From Mycobacteriales bacterium (GTDB lineage Bacteria; Actinomycetota; Actinomycetes; BP-191), in NCBI GenBank assembly GCA_046590575.1, contig JBKJUS010000214.1, positions 1,921 to 65,920 of the forward strand: a DNA stretch of 64,000 nt, written 5' to 3'. The notes beneath the pieces are model-generated. The model was given only the letters and a program-made list of their open reading frames with translations, did not search any database and was not told the origin of the DNA. Numbering within the stretch: position 1 is the stretch's first letter; every line of letters starts with the position of its first letter. Positions 60,001-64,000 of the stretch are shown piece after piece. The position numbers and the translations under genes were made by a program.

Positions 60001-61311
60001 ATGACCGTGTCTTCCAGTCGGACCACGTCTACAGGTGAGACGGCGTCCGGCGTACCCGTCCCGCCAGGGTTGGTCCTCGCTCCCTTCCGTGCGCTGCGTT
60101 TCGACGAGACCGTTGCCGGCCCGTTGGCCTCACTGCTGTGTCCACCGTACGACGTCATCGACGACGCCGGGGTCGCCGCCTACGAGCGAGCGAGCAGCCA
60201 CAACATCGTCCGGGTCATCCTGCCACGGGGTGACGAGGCTGGGCCGCAGAGTCGATATCGCCGCGCCGCCACATTGCTCGAGCAGTGGCGCAGCGCAGGC
60301 GTGCTCCGCCTCGAAGACCAGCCGACCCTCTACGTCTACGAGATGCAGGATGGCGAGCATGTGCAGCGCGGCCTCGTCGGGGCCGTCGCGCTCTGTGATC
60401 CTGGGGACGGCGTGATCCTGCCGCACGAGAACGTCATGGCCGGTCCGGTCAGCGACCGACTTCTGCTCACCGAGGCCACTCAGGCCAACACCGAGCCGAT
60501 CTTCCTGATCTACGACGGCGGCGGCTTCGCGTCTGCCGTGGTCGCCGACGTTAGCCATCATCCACCGCTGGCTGAGGCGACCACCGAGGACGGGGTCACC
60601 CACCGGATATGGGCGATCACTGACCCGGACCTGCTGGCCGGCATCGCTGGAGACCTGCTGACCCGTCGTGCGGTGATCGCCGACGGCCATCACCGCTACG
60701 CCAACTTCCGGCAGCACCAAGCCGATCGGCACGCGGCCGGGGACGGCCCAGGTGCCTGGGACTTCGGACTAGCTCTCTTGGTCGACGCCACAGCGTTCGG
60801 TCCGCAGGTGCACGCGATTCACCGCGTCGTACCCACACTCGACGTCGACGAGGCGGTCGCCCGGGCCAGTTCGATCTTCACGGTCCGACCCCTCAGCGGC
60901 GATCTCGACGTTGCCATCGAGGCGCTGTCGGTAGCGGGGAGGTTGGGTCACGCCTTCGTCGTGACCGACGGAGCGCGCCGCTGGCTACTGAGTGAGCCAG
61001 ACCCCGCTTGGGTGGCCGCGCACATTCCTGTCGACCACACGAGATCCTGGCGGGAGCTCGATGTCACCGTCGCGCACCTCGCGCTGATCGAACAGCTCTG
61101 GTCGATCACGGACGACGAGCACACCGTCGGCTACCAACACGATCCCGATGCGGCGGAGAAGGCGGTGCGGCACGGCGGGACGGCACTGTTGCTCAATCCG
61201 ACGCCTGTCGATGCGCTGATCGCCGTAGCGACCGCTGGAGAGCGAATGCCCCGGAAGTCGACCTTCTTCACGCCGAAGCCACGTACCGGCCTGATCCTGC
61301 GAGGATTCTGA
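60001..61311 (+). CDS. DUF1015 domain-containing protein
   Basis: The protein is 436 aa from the ATG at 60001. It is conserved over its whole length and carries PHENVMAGPVSDR and ADGHHRYAN. Confidence 0.7.
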   Translation: MTVSSSRTTSTGETASGVPVPPGLVLAPFRALRFDETVAGPLASLLCPPYDVIDDAGVAAYERASSHNIVRVILPRGDEAGPQSRYRRAATLLEQWRSAGVLRLEDQPTLYVYEMQDGEHVQRGLVGAVALCDPGDGVILPHENVMAGPVSDRLLLTEATQANTEPIFLIYDGGGFASAVVADVSHHPPLAEATTEDGVTHRIWAITDPDLLAGIAGDLLTRRAVIADGHHRYANFRQHQADRHAAGDGPGAWDFGLALLVDATAFGPQVHAIHRVVPTLDVDEAVARASSIFTVRPLSGDLDVAIEALSVAGRLGHAFVVTDGARRWLLSEPDPAWVAAHIPVDHTRSWRELDVTVAHLALIEQLWSITDDEHTVGYQHDPDAAEKAVRHGGTALLLNPTPVDALIAVATAGERMPRKSTFFTPKPRTGLILRGF

Positions 61312-61367
61312 GGGTTCATTTTCGCGAATCCGCCGCAGCGGTCGCCCGCGCGCGCCACCATGGATCC

Positions 61368-61580
61368 ATGGCTGGCGAATTCCGAGTGACGACCAACATG
61401 ACCGACCGCGAGATGGTCGTGACCTGCGAGCCTTGCCAGGACTCCATGCACCTCGCCCTGGCCGAGCCGGGCTTCACCCGGCTGCTGGCTCTCTTCGCCG
61501 GAAAACATGATCACGGCAGCGCCGACGGACAACGCGTCGAGCTGGGCGCCCTCCAGCTGATCCCACCGCCGACCAGCTGA
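61368..61580 (+). CDS. small hypothetical protein (70 aa)
   Basis: It is the internal ATG of a longer ORF. It is Cys/His-containing with moderate GC3. Confidence 0.3.
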   Translation: MAGEFRVTTNMTDREMVVTCEPCQDSMHLALAEPGFTRLLALFAGKHDHGSADGQRVELGALQLIPPPTS

Positions 61581-61622
61581 GGGACGCGCTCTGACCCGGC
61601 ATCGCAGCCGGCACCTGGCGCC

Positions 61623-61988
61623 CTAGCCGCGTCCGACCCGGCGAGCGGCACTCACCTCGACCTCGGTCCGGCTTGCCGCTCCCCCACCCGTGCGCCAGAA
61701 GCGGCGGCGTAGAGCGCCGTCGACCTCGAGGAGATCATCTGCGGCCCAGCGAGCTGCGGCTCGGCGCACATCGCCGCGGTAGGCGGCGCACTCGATCGTG
61801 TCGACGGTCGGCGCTCCTGAGCGGCTCGACGGTGGCCGACGCACCACGAGCCGCCAGGTCATCAGCCGGTCCCCACTCGGCAACTCACGCTCCAGCGCGA
61901 CCGCCGCCAGCCGCCCGACCAGCCGAACTTCGTTTCGTCCAGGCGCCAGCGTCGCCTCCGCGCCCTGCTCACGTCGCTCTGCAGCCAT
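61623..61988 (-). CDS. single-stranded DNA-binding (OB-fold) protein paralog lacking the acidic tail
   Basis: The segment NEVRLVGRLAAVALERELPSGDRLMTWRLVV is the SSB OB-fold core. I set the start at MAAERRE. Confidence 0.55.
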   Translation of the reverse strand: MAAERREQGAEATLAPGRNEVRLVGRLAAVALERELPSGDRLMTWRLVVRRPPSSRSGAPTVDTIECAAYRGDVRRAAARWAADDLLEVDGALRRRFWRTGGGAASRTEVEVSAARRVGRG

Positions 61989-62089
61989 CCGGTCCTCCCG
62001 CGTTCGTAGCCGAAGTGCTCCGCGACCTAGGATGCGACGACGGTCGGCGGGCGTGGGGGCCTGGCGACGCAACTGTGGACAGGACCTCG

Positions 62090-63076
62090 ATGAGCGCATC
62101 GACCGTGGATCTCGGTCGAGGCGTCCACGTCATCGACACGCTCATGTCTGGGTACTCAGGCATCACCGCCGGTTATGTCGTTCTCGGTGACCGGCCATGC
62201 CTGGTGGAGACCGGGACGGCACGGTCGGCGCCTACCGTTGTCGCTGCGCTGTCCGAGCTCGGCGTCGGACCCAGCGACCTCGCCACAGTGGTGGTGACTC
62301 ACATCCACCTCGACCATGCCGGTGGTGTCGGCGACATCGCGGCGGCGTACCCACGGGCGGAGATCGTCGTCCACGAGGCCGGCGCTCGCCACCTCGTCGA
62401 CCCAAGTCGACTGATGGGCAGTGCACGTCGGGTCTACGGCACCGCGCTCGATGAGGTCTTCGGAGAGCTCGTGCCGACGGCAGAGGCCCGAGTGCGTGCA
62501 GTGGACGGCGCAGCGACGATCGACCTCGGTGCTGGACGCAGCCTCTCGACTCACTACTCCCCGGGGCACGCCAAGCACCACATTGGACTGCTCGACTCCG
62601 ACTCCGGCGACCTCTACGTCGGCGACGCGGTCGGCATCTATGTCCCGGAAGCCGACGTGCTGCAGCCCGCTACTCCACCACCGGACTTCGACCTCGACGC
62701 CGCCGTGGCATCCCTGCACCTGTTCGCCGAGTTCGCTCCGACTCGGCTCCTCTTCAGTCACTACGGACCAGTCGCTGACGTCGCGGCGACGCTGGCGCGC
62801 AGCGAGGACGAACTCCGACTCTGGATCGAGCTCACCCGGCAGGCACGTGGCGACCAGCTCGACCTCGATCACGCGGTCGCGATGGTGGCGGCGCGCACTG
62901 CCGAGCGGTACGCCGCCGTACGGCTGCAGCCTGAAGTCGCCGCGAAGTTCGAAGGTCTCAACTCGGTCGCGGCCAACCTGGTGGGCATCAACAGATGGCT
63001 CGACCGGGTCGAGGGCACGGCCTACGAGCTCGGCGATGCTGCCGCCGCGACGGGCCACCCGCCGCCGCAAGCGTGA
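62090..63076 (+). CDS. MBL-fold metallo-hydrolase
   Basis: The HIHLDHAGG (HxHxDH) metallo-beta-lactamase motif is present. Confidence 0.8.
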   Translation: MSASTVDLGRGVHVIDTLMSGYSGITAGYVVLGDRPCLVETGTARSAPTVVAALSELGVGPSDLATVVVTHIHLDHAGGVGDIAAAYPRAEIVVHEAGARHLVDPSRLMGSARRVYGTALDEVFGELVPTAEARVRAVDGAATIDLGAGRSLSTHYSPGHAKHHIGLLDSDSGDLYVGDAVGIYVPEADVLQPATPPPDFDLDAAVASLHLFAEFAPTRLLFSHYGPVADVAATLARSEDELRLWIELTRQARGDQLDLDHAVAMVAARTAERYAAVRLQPEVAAKFEGLNSVAANLVGINRWLDRVEGTAYELGDAAAATGHPPPQA

Positions 63077-63092
63077 AAACCGCGGTCTCGTC

Positions 63093-63701
63093 CTACGGGT
63101 TGGGCAGGGATTCGAGGCGGACGACCGCATCAGTCATGTCGTCGTCGTCGACGGTCACCGTGGCGCCGAACCACTTCCGCGCGTCGGCGACCCGCCCGGC
63201 GGCGAGCAGCGCGTCGGCATAGGCGTACCAAAGACGTGGTGTCCAGTCGTTGACCTCGTCGCTGTCGAGCTCCGCGCCCTGGAGGGCGAGCACAGCAGCG
63301 TCGAACTGGCCCAGATCACGGCGGGCGCCAGAGACGACAATGGCCAGCTCGACCTTCCCTGCGCGGTCCAGTCGCTTCGCCTCGGGCTCGGCCGCCACGG
63401 CTAGCGCGCGGTCCGGACGGCCCAGTCCGCGCTCGCAGTCGGCGAGCAGCGGCAGGTGCTCCGCACTCCCGGTGATCCGACGGGCCGCCCGCAGCTCAGC
63501 CAGCGCGACCGCGTAGTCGCCGGCGGCGTACGCCGTGACCCCCACGGCTTCGCGCACGGCGCCGCTGCGGCCGGCCATCGCCTTCGCGACCATGGCATGG
63601 GCGTAGGCGCGGGACGGATCCTCCTCGAGCAGGAGGCCGGCTGCGACCAGATGCCCGGCTATCACGTCGGGCTGGGCAAGCGAGCGCAGCTCACGGCGCA
63701 C
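63093..63701 (-). CDS. hypothetical helical-repeat (TPR-like) protein
   Basis: The 202-aa protein has a GTG start. The upstream in-frame region is Pro/Arg-rich and may extend the gene beyond the window end. Confidence 0.45.
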   Translation of the reverse strand: MRRELRSLAQPDVIAGHLVAAGLLLEEDPSRAYAHAMVAKAMAGRSGAVREAVGVTAYAAGDYAVALAELRAARRITGSAEHLPLLADCERGLGRPDRALAVAAEPEAKRLDRAGKVELAIVVSGARRDLGQFDAAVLALQGAELDSDEVNDWTPRLWYAYADALLAAGRVADARKWFGATVTVDDDDMTDAVVRLESLPNP

Positions 63702-64000
63702 GGCGGGATCGAGCAGCGCGGGATCGGCCGCCGCCGGGACTTCCAGCTGCGGAGCCCGCGGCCGTCGGGAACGCTCAGGGGTAGCGCCACCGTCACGGGC
63801 CGGTCGACCTGTGGACGACCGCGGTCCAGCGGGGGTCCGGGGTCCTGAGGTCGTCCTGGACTCAGCAGGCGGCGGGTAGGACGACCGGGTCGTCTGTCGC
63901 TCGCCGGCGCGTGGTGCACTGCTCGGGGCGCCGCCCGAACGGGCGGTAGCGGACGTAGGCCGGCCCTGCCCGGACGCCGTAGGACGGCCCTGCCCGGACG

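Overview
This is a high-GC (about 70%) actinobacterial chromosomal segment made up of core housekeeping genes whose order matches the Mycobacterium tuberculosis blocks Rv2051c-Rv2050, Rv1832-Rv1822 and Rv1713-Rv1692. Nothing in it looks like a mobile element, a CRISPR array or an rRNA gene.

Annotated features, in order along the window:
- a truncated B12-dependent aminomutase beta subunit and a hotdog-fold gene
- lnt, ppm1, fxsA and, on the opposite strand, rbpA
- an acyl-CoA dehydrogenase
- a glycogen-debranching-like enzyme with a GT4 glycosyltransferase
- a tandem NlpC/P60 hydrolase
- yaaA and a pabB-like gene
- gcvP preceded by a tandem glycine riboswitch
- the conserved block MerR, DUF151 nuclease, MerR, FHA (GarA-like), gcvH, DUF881, sbp, DUF881
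- a bifunctional sugar nucleotidyltransferase/phosphomannomutase
- a pgsA-like gene and tRNA-Pro(GGG)
- der, plsC, cmk, tyrA, aroH and rluB
- scpB, scpA, an M50 protease homolog, an RHH-fold protein, a parA-like gene and xerD
- ald, two LPXTG-anchored S15 peptidases, a NUDIX hydrolase and pyrG
- a membrane-glycan module, steB, steA, recN, nadK and tlyA
- a small ORF and a phasin-like protein with a KPAVKK repeat tail
- SCP2, HAD-IIA, TPR, DUF1015, SSB-like and MBL-fold genes

Many adjacent genes are joined by 4-nt ATGA/GTGA start/stop overlaps, and I used these to refine start codons.

The most interesting candidates, in decreasing order of interest:
- A seven-gene, translationally coupled operon runs from steA/steB into a complete lipid-linked-glycan toolkit: an MraY/WecA-type phosphotransferase, a MurJ-like flippase, a GT4, a 680-aa polytopic lipobox protein and a hypothetical protein. 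It is inserted between steB and pyrG.
- An orphan ParA (PldP-like) is followed by an RHH-fold protein and a catalytically degenerate M50 protease.
- Two LPATG-anchored S15 X-Pro peptidase paralogs sit in the pyrG-NUDIX operon; one is spliced between pyrG and NUDIX with overlaps on both sides.
- The tandem NlpC/P60 hydrolase has a Cys-to-Ala pseudo-domain as its second domain.
- The GarA ortholog carries an N-terminal zinc ribbon.
- tyrA contains a rare-codon, low-GC patch.
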